A stretch of DNA of 64,000 nucleotides from Azolla caroliniana (taxonomy: Eukaryota; Plantae; Polypodiophyta). Below the pieces are notes generated by a model that had not been told where the DNA came from, did not search any database, and saw nothing but the letters and a program-made list of their open reading frames with translations. Both the position numbers and the translations under genes were made by a program. Shown here piece by piece: positions 1 through 13,258 of the stretch; the first letter of the stretch is position 1, and every line of letters starts with the position of its first letter. The DNA lies in contig JBHGNT010000007.1 of the NCBI GenBank assembly GCA_043228905.1, forward strand, positions 20,708,001 to 20,772,000, read 5' to 3'.

Positions 1-1388
1 TGCATTGATGAATTGGAAGAAATGGTTACCAAGTTTGCAAAGGAAGAATGTGTTGAAGAAGTTGCCATTGGGAATGTTGTGATTATGCTTTTGCTATATG
101 CATATGATGTAGTGCTTTTTGCAAATACTTTAGGAGATGCACAAAAGCTTATGAAGGCATTAGAAAACTTTTGCATGCATACTAAATTAAGTGTCAATAG
201 CTCTAAAACAAAGATTATGCTTGTGAAGAGCCAAAAAAGAGATAAACCATGCATTATGTACAATAATGAGCCACTTGAATGTGTGGAAAGCTTCAAATAT
301 CTTGGCCTTGAAGTTCCTTCAAATCATAGATGGAATGAATGTGCTACACACCGCTTAGAGGCGGGCAAGCGAGCATACTATGCATTTGAGAACACATGCA
401 ATCTTGGAGATTTTAAGTGTTGGGTCCTCAAGAAATATCTTTTTGACACTTTGGTGACACCGGTTCTTCTCTATGGGGTGGAAGTATGGGTCGGTAGCAT
501 CCCTAAATCTATGTGGAAAGAGTTTGAAAATGTCCAAAAGCATTTTCTTACCAAGTTTCTACAAGTTAAGAAACAAACGCCCTACACCCTCCTCCTTGAG
601 ACAGGATCGCTTCCCATTGAGATCATGGCCATGGAAGGGGTTGTTGAATACATGCTTAAGGTTCAAAAAAGTCCCTCACATCGACTTCCTAGAATTGCGT
701 GGGAAGCAAGCAAAAAGATCCAAAAGACGCATAAAAGCAAAATTTTGTGTTCTGGTTGGATGCAAGATATAGAAAAATAGTTTGGTAGATGGGATGCGAG
801 ACACTTGCTTCATGATGCATCATTAGATTCCTCTGTAAATGAGGCATTTTTGCAACGCCAATGTATCATGACATGGGACAAATGTGGAGGCTCACGCTTC
901 ACACATTATACTACACATGTTGCACCTAACTACAAAACCATATTCTTTGCGGAACGGGGAAATCGTACACATCCATACATGTTAGAGCCCATACCATTAT
1001 CTGCCACTCGAACCATTGCTTCCATGCGACTTAGCTCACATGCATTGCGATGTGAAATAGGGCGTTGGGCTACAAGTGATGAGAGTGGTCGGATATGCAC
1101 ACTTTGCCCTAAACAAGTTCACGAGTCTGAGTATCACACTTTGATACAATGCTCTGCCTTTGATCATATTCGACCATGCTTTCCACATCTCTTCGATCGA
1201 GCCTAATCTTTGCATGAATTCCTCACACAACCACAATGTGCACTCTCGATTGCAACATTCATTGGTAAAGTTCTTGAACATCGAGAGTCACTACTCACTT
1301 TCACACGTATCACGTGAAATGTAATATTTTTGGTCTCATAGGTCATATTTGACCTCCAAAGACGATAATATAATCTATCTATCTATCT
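1..1388 (+). mobile_element. 3' part of a non-LTR retrotransposon (RTE/RTEX/L2-like), decayed
   Basis: RT motifs LLYAYDVVLF (YADD variant) and FKYLG in ORF 13-780. After one stop comes a C-terminal RLSSHALRCEIGRW..CTLC..EYHTLIQC CCHC finger (805-1206). Ends in a short (CTAT)n tail at about 1371-1388. Confidence 0.85.
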
Positions 1389-2033
1389 TTGTAGTCTAGC
1401 CTCAAGATCTGACCATAACTTAAAAGGTGGTCCTTAGCAAGTTGTTTATGCCCCTTATTTCGAGCTGTTAAGAGAACCATCTTCTTGTATTTCCCGCTCG
1501 TAATCAGTGATATCTCTATCAACTACGGTTTCCCCTCCTTCTACAACCACCAATTTCTTTTGACTAACTTCGTTAAATGGCTGCCTAACCATGTCATCAT
1601 CAAATAATAATGTTTTGCCATTCTGAGGTATTTGATAACAAGGACTTGGGTGGTCTTTGTGGGGGAGCTCTAATATTTAATTCAAAATTTTTTAATCGGT
1701 CTCTCTTCTTGAGGTTCAGTAGACCTATGATTAAAACAACGAAAATATTAACGTTACTCTAAGGAGAAAGTAATTGGGTGCTTAAAAGAGTGAAAAAAGA
1801 GGCTAGAAGGGGGGGGAAGACCATAAAGCCTATACTTTAACACCTCCAATGACCCTCAACCCTATCAAAAATCTATCATTTTTAGCTCTAAAGTTTCTAT
1901 TTAATATAGCTAATCGAACATAATTTCAAGGAATTTTAGGACTGAAATACAACTATGGATCACCTAAACACGAGCTTGGTCAAAATAGGTGTATCAATTT
2001 GGCACATTGAGCCTCTAAGGTACATATGAGTGC

Positions 2034-2397
2034 CAACTCGATACATTCTATCGAGTGGGACAAATATATACACATATTTGTCCCAACTCGATACACTGTA
2101 TCGAGTTGAGGCTCATATGTTCATATATTTCTATCAAGTTGAGGCTCATATGTTCATATATTTCTATCAAGTTGAGGCTCATATGTATTTCTATTTGTAC
2201 CAAGATGATACATTGTATCGAGTTGGTGCCCCCACGGAGTACATTGTATTGAGTCATTGTACATATGAGCTCTAACTCGATACAATGTATCGAGTTCGTG
2301 TCACAACTTGATACATTGTATCGAGTTGGTGCTCCTATGTACAACAACGCGATACATTGTATCAAGTTGTTGTACATTGGAGCACTAACTCGATACA
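2034..2397. repeat. Array of about 8 palindromic AACTCGATACAWTGTATCGAGTT units, with an embedded 33-bp tandem repeat
   Basis: Units at about 2034, 2084, 2201, 2236 (degenerate), 2273, 2304, 2345 and 2386 (half). About 2.6 copies of a 33-bp unit at 2099-2185. An 81-bp near-perfect hairpin at 2317-2397. Confidence 0.9.
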
Positions 2398-3033
2398 GAG
2401 CACCTACCTTTAGAGCCAATATAGAATTTGTCTGTATAGTTTAGGGTTTAGGCTTACTTGGAGTTGGTCCCTTCAATGTCTTTTTGCTCGACATTTTTGG
2501 GTTATGGTGACTAAGGCGTTTCTAAGTTGCTTTGTGTAGGTTTGTGTCCTCTGTGGTCTTTTTGCTTTGGTCTGCTCATGTGCTCTTTGTTCACCCATGT
2601 GCAAGTAATGAAAAAAATGAGGTCCGCCTATTTATAGTGACAAGTCTAGGTAGGGTTAGTTAAGATTAGCTATAGTTGATTTGACTTCTACCTAATACTT
2701 ACTACTACGTTTGTGTTAGTTGTACATGTACACTAAATTATGTACACATCACGTTAGTTTTACACTATTTTGTAAGAATAGTTAACGTGATAACACTATA
2801 TAATAAAGTACTTAAAAAATTATAGAATATAAATATATAAGTACATGTATAATTATTATAGTTATATATCTACATTAAAGTGCATATATACTTATTACTG
2901 TACATGTATTAAAGTGCTTATAAAGTTATTTTTACTTAAATATATTAAAGTTATTTCTACTTAAATCTATAAAGTTATTTCTACTTAATACATACATTTA
3001 GCCCAAAAATATTTATTTATTTACTTTACTTAA

Positions 3034-3042
<9 letters not shown>

Positions 3043-3067
<25 letters not shown>
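3043..3067. repeat. (AT)n microsatellite in an AT-rich tract
   Basis: Direct read. Confidence 0.9.
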
Positions 3068-3175
3068 GAAAATGTATTTTTATATATATTCTTATCCATA
3101 TATATGAACTATGTATACTTCAAGAGCTCTGTTATATTGTTTAAGAGCACATAATTTACAAGCTAGATTATCATT

Positions 3176-5864
3176 TTGATAGCATCGATTGAGTTTGAAG
3201 AAATGACCCATAACTCACCATTTTCAGTTGACAAATATCCATTGTCCACAGGTTCACCTTTTTCTGTAGAGGAATATTGTGTTAGTTTATCGAATACCGA
3301 GTCTCCACAAACTATTCCGCTAAGTCATGAGTTCTCTATTGATGAGTATGACTACAATGAGGATTCAACCAATGCAAGGAATGTCTATCAAACAATGACA
3401 AGTGTTTCAGGTGGTAGACAAACAAAACATTCCTGAGCAACATGAGGCACCAATTGTAGGTATACAAGAGATCCAATCGACAAGTGCTATGCATTTCAAG
3501 AGGGTTGCGCACCGAATACGTCGAGATAAATTTGCCATAGTAACATCTGAGAATCAACTTACTTTAGACATTAACAAAGTATGTTGTGCTCGTGGGTGTA
3601 TGCCAAGGATTGTTGGAAAGGAAAAGTTGCGATCGTTGAGGTGTTACTATTTTTCAGACACTTGTCTTATGACATGAATGTAGATATTGTCTGACATATA
3701 TTCAGACATCTTGATCTCCTTCGAGTATTATCTCTTTACTGCACAACAATGTTTTATAGTAGCATTCAAGATTTCACCATGTGTTAGCAACATGAGATTA
3801 CATTGAGTGCAAGAACGAGTTTTGAACGGCGATCCCAATATCGAAACCAACAATGTCCCAAGTATGAAGGGTGCATCTAGAATAAATGCGATCGGTTGGA
3901 TGAAGTACTACTTTAAGCTTAATTGTTAAGTAATGCCAACTACCGCTAGGTTACATCTCTTTGATAATTATAGACGACGAGAAGTTTACGATGTCTATAG
4001 ATCGGAGATGTGTACATCAAGAGATAAGTACATCACCTACAATCAATTCACAATATTGTGGTCAACGCAATTTAGGAACATTATTATACCTCGAAAATTA
4101 CGCATGGGGTATTGTTCAATACATGAAAACGTGAAGAGTATGGCTAAAGGTGCAAAGACAACAAAGGAGAAGAATATCAATAGGAAATTGTTACATGACC
4201 ATTGAGAAGCCCAAGCATTGGAGAGGAAGAGAGCAATGCATCATAAGGAGAAGTCATTGAAGAAACCAGAACAATACATGTGTCTAATGATTGATGGTAT
4301 GGACCAAAAGACGTCAATGAAGAATGTCTCGTTTAGATGCACTTGGTGGATCGTTTGGCTTATATAATGGGACGGTTAAACCTCACGTCTTCGTTACTTA
4401 CTTGAACGTTCACAATGACCCCAATTTAACTATCATTGTGATTCAAAGGGTTTTGTGTGTTGGGGCCAACCCTTGCCCCTTGTTCTCTACATTCAATTGG
4501 ACAATACTGCTAGGGAGAACAAGAATTCAATAGTATTCAGTTATTTGAGTATGTTGGTGAATCGGTGAGTTTTTAGGAAAGTGAAAGTTAATTTCCTTTT
4601 GGTTGGTCACATACATGACCATAATGATCAAATGTTCAGTACGTTCTCCAAACCATTATCATGATATGATGCTTTCACATTACCAAAGCTATTGGACATC
4701 ATTTGTGATGCATACACGCCACATCCCAATGTACACCACTTAAAGGAGATATATGACTTTAGGAGATACATCTTAGATGGTGAGGAGGGAAATGCCAAAT
4801 TTTTAGCTCCATTAAACAATATAAGCCTCAATTGCATTTTCTTGATAAAGAGAAATGATATCAGTGGATGTACATTGTTGTATGCAAAGTAGTATTCATC
4901 TTCCCTACGATGGGAGCCAGACGACGATTGTCGGTTCCTGCTTCATATGCCATCGACTACTGTTTATGGTGCAAAATAAATGCTTATTGAGACTAAAAAG
5001 GAATTGTACAATGAGTTGGTAGATCAACAAAAGGATTTCTAGATGCAAGACTTACAAGACAAATATAAGCTCGTTGATAATGCCAAGAAGTATGCTAGAG
5101 AACAAGATACCTTATGGTGTGATGTGTTCTTTAATGATCAACAAGAAATTGTTGATAATTGTATCGCCGGTAATTGGACCCTACAAATCCCCTTTATGTG
5201 GTCTATACAACACTCTCGTGATTCTCAATCTCCACTTCATGCACCTAATGCAATTAATGACAACTTGCTCCATCCACATGAAAGAGACATTTATGTTAGA
5301 CCAAGGATGACAAAAGCAATTGAAGCTAAGTGGCAAGGAAACTTGCAAGAACTAAAGGTGGGGATGTTAATTGCTACACCTGTTGATAATAATGAACAAG
5401 GGCACCCATTTTGGATTGGTAATGTTTTGGACGTGGTGATGCATGATAACCAAAATCAAATCTAGTCTATAAAGGTGCATTGACACAACGCTAGAAGCAA
5501 AAATGCATTTGCACGCAAGTATGCATTAGAGATGATGGAATGCCCAAGGTCAAGAGAAAAGAGAAAGAGGAAGAGAAACATTCGTAACACATCATCCCTT
5601 GACATTATTGAGGTGGATATCATTGTGTACGACTTTACACTAACAAAAGCTAGACAATTACGGAAGTCAATGTTTACACATAATAAAGGAGAAATTACTG
5701 ATTCTACAAGGGGTCTCAAATCGAGGCGAACAAGATCTTCAACACATAATTTAGAGTCACACCATATGGTTTTAGATGAAGACCATGCTTTAATAGGTAC
5801 ATCTGAAGATGATGAAAAACAATCACCCTTGTATATTAGTTATAGTAGTGATTATAGATCATGA
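3176..5864 (+). pseudogene. Decayed Sola-like DDD transposase (DUF7869-like)
   Basis: Manual translation across stops and frameshifts: MPTTARLHL..VY..W..IIIPRKLRMGYC (3933-), YMCLMIDGMDQK (4275-4310), VLYIQLDNTARENKNS (4482-), FLLVGHIHDHNDQMFS (about 4593-4640), and a C-terminal LKVGMLIA..PFWIGNV module. Termini not located. Confidence 0.75.
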
Positions 5865-7626
5865 AAGGAATCATTTCAATGGGACAAATAACTCCTAATT
5901 GTAATTTTGGTATCAAATTGTAACAAATTTAAGTTTGTAATAACTTGAATGATATAAAGGTAATGTTTTGAAATTTGTCGCTCTGTATTCAAAGATTGTT
6001 ACAAAAAACTTTACTTGTTGTTTTTCCCAACAAATACACAATATAATTTTTAGATTAGGGCCTAAATTTTGTGAATTTTTAACTTTATGAAATGGTGGAT
6101 ATTGAGCGAGCAAGCTCAACATGATTTGGATCAGTTCAATAAGCCAAGAGCCGGATCGGTGTCCGAATCAAACTGTAACCAGTAGGCCGTTAGAGGCCTC
6201 TGATCCTAGCCTAGTATGTAGGCATATTTTGAGGAGTCAATGTTTGTCGATCGGTACGAGCATTCAAGTACTTGCCAGTACTTCTGTCAGTCCTTTTAAA
6301 GACTTGTATAAAAGTGCTTAGTGATCACATTTTATGTATAGTGTTCATTATTTAGGAATTAAGGTTTTGTTTCTTCTTCTCTCTGTCTCTCTCTCTTACA
6401 CACCTACTCTGTGTATTCCATTTTCTATGTTTTCTGTGTTTTTTATTGCTATCCGACTGAACTGGTTGAGGTCTGTTTAGCTTCCGCATTATTATCTTTT
6501 GCATGGTATCAGAGCGCGAGGGTTAGAACATCCTCTGCTGCCGACAAAACCTTTCAACACAAACCAAGACCTAACACCCCGTAAGAATAGACTAGAAGAG
6601 AAATGGACAAAAGCATGGGAAGCTCGCTTCCGACAGAGAAGCTTGATAGGAGCAATTGCGCATGTTGGTCATATAAGATGCACCAATATTTGTTAGGACA
6701 TGGATATTGGAGTTATGTCAAAGGAGGAAACGATGCAACATCGGATTCGACACAGGGATTTTTTGGCTTGGGGAGAGTTGACAATCAAGGTTCTCTACTG
6801 CTTTGCATCCATTGATAGTGATCAACTACTGAGCTACATCTGGGATGCCAACACACCAAAGGAGACTTGGGGAAATCTGAAGAAGATATTCGCCGCAAGC
6901 ACCACAACAAAAAAGCTTCAACTCAAACAGGAGTTGAGCAATGTCCAGTAGAAAGACATGTCGGTAGCTGATTACACCTCTCGAATCAAAGACATTTGCA
7001 ACTCTTTGGCTTCCACCAATGTGACCGTCAAGGAGGACGAAATGTTGCAAGTCTGTTTCAGAGGATTGGCGTAGAAGTTCGGATCATTCCAAATGGCAGT
7101 TTGCATGAGAGAGAATACACCGTCATTCTTCGAGTTGAAATCGATGCTTCTCATTGAAGAGAACCACACGGGTCCATCAACGAGTACGCACACCGATAGC
7201 AAGATGATGTACACGGAGGAAGATAGGCCCCGTAATCGTGGTGGACAAGGTGGGTCGGTACGCAATGGAGGTGGCCGACAGGAGCAAAACCAAAGGCATA
7301 ATCGAAATGCCGACAGCAATTCCGGACCCTCTGGAAACAAGGGAAGTCAAGGTGGAGCCGGAAACTGGGAAGGAAACGCTAAGAAGGAATGTTGGTACTA
7401 TAGGAAAAAGGGCACTAGGAGAGCGAGTGTTAGAAGAAGGGCGTTGATTTGGACAAATCTGGATTTGGCAAGGCCGGACAAGGGAGTCGGCAAAGCTCAC
7501 ACTACGCCGAAGGATCAAAAGGATCCGGGACCGGAAAGACCGGAAATGGATCGGGCCCAACCTTTGTGATGAAGCATAAGGCTAATTCGATGAAGACAAG
7601 CACCTCAAAACCGAATGAGGTATGGT

Positions 7627-10090
7627 TAGTGTTGGGCAAAGTTTATAAGCCCTCCCGGAAAATTTCCTGCTTCTTATGATCCTAACCGGAAATTTAAAAA
7701 TTTGACCGACTACTTTCCTACTAGTGATAATGTCAACTGGAAATGCTAAATTTTTTCTTTTTGCACATATCAAAAAAAAATTTAGCACAACGTGAGATAG
7801 CAACATAGATAGAGGATATTATATGAAGCAAATTTACAAGCATAAATGGGCATTTCTCTATGAACACGCCACCATGGATCGACTCACTTAAGGATATGCA
7901 ACTTTGGCACTGTTCCTCCCCTACCCTTATGTATGATACACCATATGGGCTTTAAGACACCCTATGTACATATGTATATAGAGAGTCCACATCATTATAG
8001 TCCTAGATAATATATGTTAAAGTATCCACTCCACATGACATCATTTGAGTTCAATGAACAAAGCCCTCCCCCTGTGATAATAGAAGCATTGTTTCGTGAG
8101 TCTAAAACAATCACCAATACTATTAGATCCATTTAGTGAGTTGTAACATTTTAGTCCAAACTTTGTTATTGGCTAGCACTCACAAATAAAGAATGGTACT
8201 ACAAAGAAAAACAAATATACAAAGCTACACATGTGGATATTCATAGTTGGATCAATTTAGGAAACTAGCATACATATTATTTTTCATTCACTACAAAAAG
8301 ACAACTATACAAGAAAATTACTCTTTATCACCCCCATGATAATAAAAAATATAGAGGCTAACCATGATACAATCTATTAAGAATGTCATGATCTTGCGAC
8401 AATCAAAAGATACATACTTTTCCTTCTCCTTTTAATGAAGAACGCCACCTTACTAAAATAGAAACATGGTGAGAAGTTATCTCCATGATCTGGTGTTGGT
8501 ATGACACATATGCCTTATATCCTTGTAAGCACAACCTTTGTTGTCATCGACATTCCTCTACTTTCCCAAGCTGACCCCTCAACACGTTGTCAATGAAGAA
8601 AACATGTGTGATTGCCATTGCTTCCCACATGATAATACAAGTTTCCTTTCATTTACTCATCTAGGTCTCAAGCATAAACCGTTCACATATGATAATTTCC
8701 AATTAATCTTATTGTATATCATTGTTGATTTAAGGACTTTCAGATAATATATTAGATAGAAAACAAAAATTGTAGCCCAAACCTACAATATATCCATCAC
8801 AACATCTTGAATGTCCAATAGAAATCAATCCTCTTGTATGTTTAGAATTTTAAACTTGTGAGTTGTAACAAGCTTGAAACTACCTAATTAATTTCACTCT
8901 CAAACCAGTTTTATTTTTAAACATATCATTGGAAGCTTTCAAACAAGGGTGTTAAGAGTTTATCGTAAGAGTCATGTCCTCACTATGTCACTATGTCCAT
9001 CAATCTGCGAATACAATGTCCAAAACATGTCAATCATAATCACCGATTATGTCCAAAACATTTATCAAATTCTAAAAGTCATCCAATAATGTTACCGCTA
9101 TCGCATTCACCAATGATGTCTTTCCAACATTTTCTAACCCAATCAAGGAAAGTTTCATTTCTTGCTTGAAGAAAAAGCTACAATCATCCAATAAAAACCT
9201 TTGTCTCTCTCTTAGCAAATGCTACCATGACAATTAACAAACATATAGAAAGAGCTTTTGAGAGCAAAATCAAAATTGAGTCTATACCAAAGGCTCATGA
9301 AGGGAATTACACCAAGATTATAAAGACACGTCAGAAAAAGTCATATCCTAAAGCTCAACAACCTCGGAAGAACTATGGAAGCTAATTACCATTTTATGCA
9401 CTCAGAGCTCAAACCTGTCCAAACTTTTTGTCCAAAACCCAACTTTCCCGGCTTCACAGCTGGTGGCATAGTCATAGCCACTCTATATAATCAATCCCCT
9501 AATCCAGACACCGAGAAGGTCGCTTGTTGAGTGGAGGAAAGAGACGCTATTTCTCTCTCTCTCTCTCTCTCTCCACAGTTCCTACATTAACATATTTTGC
9601 AAACGATGAGATGGACGATACTTTTGGTAAGTGGAGAGTAGTAGTAACATATAGAGAGAGAGAGATACCTTAGAGGAGTAGCAAGTTGTAGATGTTGTGC
9701 AAGATATAGGAGTTGTAGATGACAGGAGCAGTGGTTGTCTCTTCATCCACCTCACCCTTCGCTTCCTCTTCCTCTTCCTCTTCCTCCACTTCATATTCCT
9801 CTTCCTCTGATCTATATGATGCCCGCGTCGAGCTTCATATTTTTCTTCATGCAGTGTCTGTAAAGCGGGGGAAAGAGGGAAAAAAGAGGGGGAAACATAT
9901 TATTTTTTCACTTTTATTTATTTATTTACAAAACTATGTAAATACCCAGTTCAAAAAATATGAACCGGCTAGATTCCAGTTGGTATGAAAAACTGGCCGG
10001 AATCAATTCTAGTTGTCACCAACCTTGGCCCGCAAAAGTCCCAACCTAATTGGAACGTTAACACTGTTCCTAAGACTCTGCCCAACACTG
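7627..10090. mobile_element. Non-autonomous hAT DNA transposon (Pack-type)
   Basis: TIRs TAGTGTTGGGCAAAGT / ACTCTGCCCAACACTG. Perfect 8-bp TSD GGTATGGT at 7619-7626 and 10091-10098. Interrupts the copia protease motif EVWYVD. Confidence 0.92.
8964..9177 (-). pseudogene. ARL8: Captured exons of ADP-ribosylation factor-like 8 GTPase (ARL8/ARLA1)
   Basis: Exon 9177-9096 (ag|..|gt) translates (S)[27 protein letters not shown] versus plant ARL8 [26 protein letters not shown]. A 91-bp GT-AG intron follows at 9095-9005. Exon 9004-8964 reads IDGHS[8-bp dup]EDMTLT versus TGGYSEDMIPT. Confidence 0.85.
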
Positions 10091-13000
10091 GGTATGGTAT
10101 GTTGATCCCGGAGCGTCGAACCATATGACGAGCCACGAGGAGTGGTTCTCTAACTTGGAGAAACCAGAACAATTGGGGGTTACCGAAACCGGTGATGACA
10201 CCCCAAATACCATCAAAGATGTCAGTGAAGTTCCCCTAAACCATGTCGGACAAAAGGGGAAGTTGATGAACGTTTTGCACGTCCCGACAATCACAAAGAA
10301 TTTGGTGTCGTAGATTATCGACTAAGGGATGTAGGTCTGGTTCACACATCTCAGGTGCTTCATCAAAGAAGAAGGCAAAGTCATTGCACAAGGGCGCCGA
10401 GAAGGGAGGATGGTTATCCTCAAAACAAATGAGGTCAGAACTATGATGTTTGCAAAAGGGCACAAAGTCGCATCAGATATCGACTTGTGGCACAAGCGGT
10501 TCGGCCATATCAACTTTTGGAAGCTTTAGAAGATGCAATTGAAACATGTGGTTTCTAGACTGCTAAAGTTTAGTGGCCAAAAGGGCCAAATTTGTGAAGC
10601 TTACCAACTCAAGAAGCAACATAGGATTCCGTTCCCCAATGAGAAGAATTGCAGCCGGAACTGGCTCGATCTTATCCATTCGGATGTGTAGGGACCGGCA
10701 GAGAACATGAGCATCGAAGGAAGTCGTTACTTTGTAACCTTCATCGATGACTACACTCGGCACACTTGGGTGTGCTTGATTACAAAGAAGAGTGAAGTTC
10801 TCTCCTATTTCATGAAGGTGAAGAGCCTTACTGAACATGAAACCGAAAGAAAAATCAAGTGCCTAAGGTTCGATGGCGGAAATGAGTACTTTTCCTACTA
10901 GTTCTCGAGTTATTCGTAGTAGGAAAATTCAACGAGAATTATCTTGCAGGTACACACTAGAGCACAATGGTGTGGCCAAGCAGAAGAATCGGACTATAGA
11001 AGAGGCGGCACATACAATGCTTGAGGAGAAGCATATGCCGAAATTTTATTGGGCCGAAGCGGTCTGGACAGTTGTCTACCTCCAGAATGAGACATTTGCA
11101 AATGGAGGAGTGTCACCACATGAGCTCTACTTTGGAAAGAAACCGAATCTAGGACACTTGAGGGTGTTCAACAACATTGGCTATGTGCATATGCCCAAGG
11201 AGAAACAGAGGAAGTTGTACGCAAAAGCCAAGAAGTGCATTCTCGTCGGCTACTCAAACTAATAGAAGGATTATAAATGTTATAAACCCGAACCGAACAA
11301 GTCTGTGTCAGTCGAGATGTCGTGTTCGATGAGTCAGCGTCATGGTACTTGCCCTCGTCTCCAACCACCAACAACTACATTCCAATTTCTTAGGACGAGG
11401 TCAATGAGACCGAAAGGCCTCTAGATGAAGAAGAAATCAGAATCCAAGAAGAGAGTCTGATCTCATTCCAGCTAAGTGGGCCAAATGAGAGACTAAGTCT
11501 GATCGACCAGTCGGATGATGAGCCGGCGAGTAGTGGAGACTCAGTTGTGCACTCCACACTCAAGGAACCGAGGAGACAGTTCACGTGTAAAGAGAAGGGG
11601 AAGGAGAAGATGCCGGAATACGACGCTGGCAGGGAAGAGTCAATCTACCTGCCAAAAGCACCCCGTAGTCTGGTACAGATATAATGAGTACATGGTGCAT
11701 TACTATGCATACATGACAAAAGTGGCGGAAGTGCATAAGCCAGGGAGCTACGTAGAAGCGGCAAAGGATGCAAACTAGTGTGCTGCTATGGAGGAATAGA
11801 TGCGCGCTCTCATGGAGAAGGAAACATGGGCCTTGGTCGATAGTTCCAAAGGGAGTGAAGCCGATCAGATGCAGATGGGTGTACAAGGTCAAGTACAACA
11901 TTGATGGCTCCATCAACTGATACAAGGCCCGGTTAGTGGCGAAAGCCTATGCACAGAAACATGACATCAATTACGATGAGATGTTTGCACAGGTTGTGAA
12001 GATTACGACCGTCCATGTTTTGTTAGTGGTAGTTGTGGTAAAGGGGTGGCACTTACATCAAATGGATGTAAAGAATGTGTTCCTAAAAGGTGATCTTGAG
12101 GAACAGGTGTACATGGTACAACCCCGCAGATTTCAGTCTGAAATGAACATGTCGGCTAGTTGTCGACTGAAGAAGTCCCTTTATGGACTAAAGCAAGCCC
12201 TATGTGCTTGGAACACGAAGATCAAGGAGCGACTACATCGGATGCGGTTTGCCATGTTGAAGTCAAACTCTTCACTTTTCATCCGGCAAGGTCGGAGTGG
12301 GCCGGTTAGTATTTTACTTTAGGTTAATGATTTGGTCATCGTCGGTGCCGACCAAGATTAAATCAGCCACATCAAGTCCCAGCTAGCAGCATCATTCGAC
12401 ATGAAGGATCTAGGGGACCTTCATTACTTCCTCGGTATCAAAATGATATGCACCCCTGAAGGCATACTGATCAATTAGCGACATTATGTGTTGACTATGC
12501 TCTTCAAGTTCAGAATGACGAAGTGCAAATCCATCTCAACTCTGGATAGGAATAGGAAGGTTTGTCTCGACCCTAGAACGACATGCGATCCGAAACAATT
12601 CTGATAGATAGTCGAAATCCTTATGTACTTGACCATCACCTGACCGGACCTCAGCTATCCAGGCAGCCTGATTAGTCAATTCATGGTGCATCCAACTGTG
12701 GAGCACTTTCAGTGTGCACAACGAATACTTAGGTATGTCAGCGGCACCAAGGACCGGGCATTGCTATATCGGACCGATGTAACCGAATAGTTAGTCGGCT
12801 ACACGGATGCCGATTGGGGTGGACACGCCGGCGACCGCAAGTCTACATTAGGCTTCGCCTTTTCACTTAGAAGCACCGCGATCGCCTGAAGCAGCAAGAA
12901 GCAGCCGACAGTTGCATTGTCGAGCACCGAGGCTGAGAACCGAGGAGCGGTTGTCACGACATGCGATGTCATATGGCTCAAGAGGCTATTGAGGGATTTG

Positions 13001-13258
13001 CAGATGGAGGTGTCTGATCCGATGATGATCTATTGCGACAACCTCTGCAACATCCAGTTGGCGAAAAACCTAGTCATCCATGCCCGGACCAGGCACATTG
13101 AGGTGTGCTATCATTTTATCTGTGAGCGAGTCCTTTCCTGTGAAGTCGAACTGGTGTATGTTCCGATGGATCGGCAAATTGCCGATATCTTCACCAAACC
13201 CCTTGGCCTAGACAAGTTGCAGCACCTTCACATCTCGAACTTGAGGGGGAGAAATAGA

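Noticed and set aside
2034-2397. CRISPR array
   Set aside because: Spacers are irregular, self-similar or palindromic; no cas genes; eukaryotic TE context.
9361-9400. ARL8 exon 1
   Set aside because: Only a faint AATTAGCTTC resemblance; cannot be supported.
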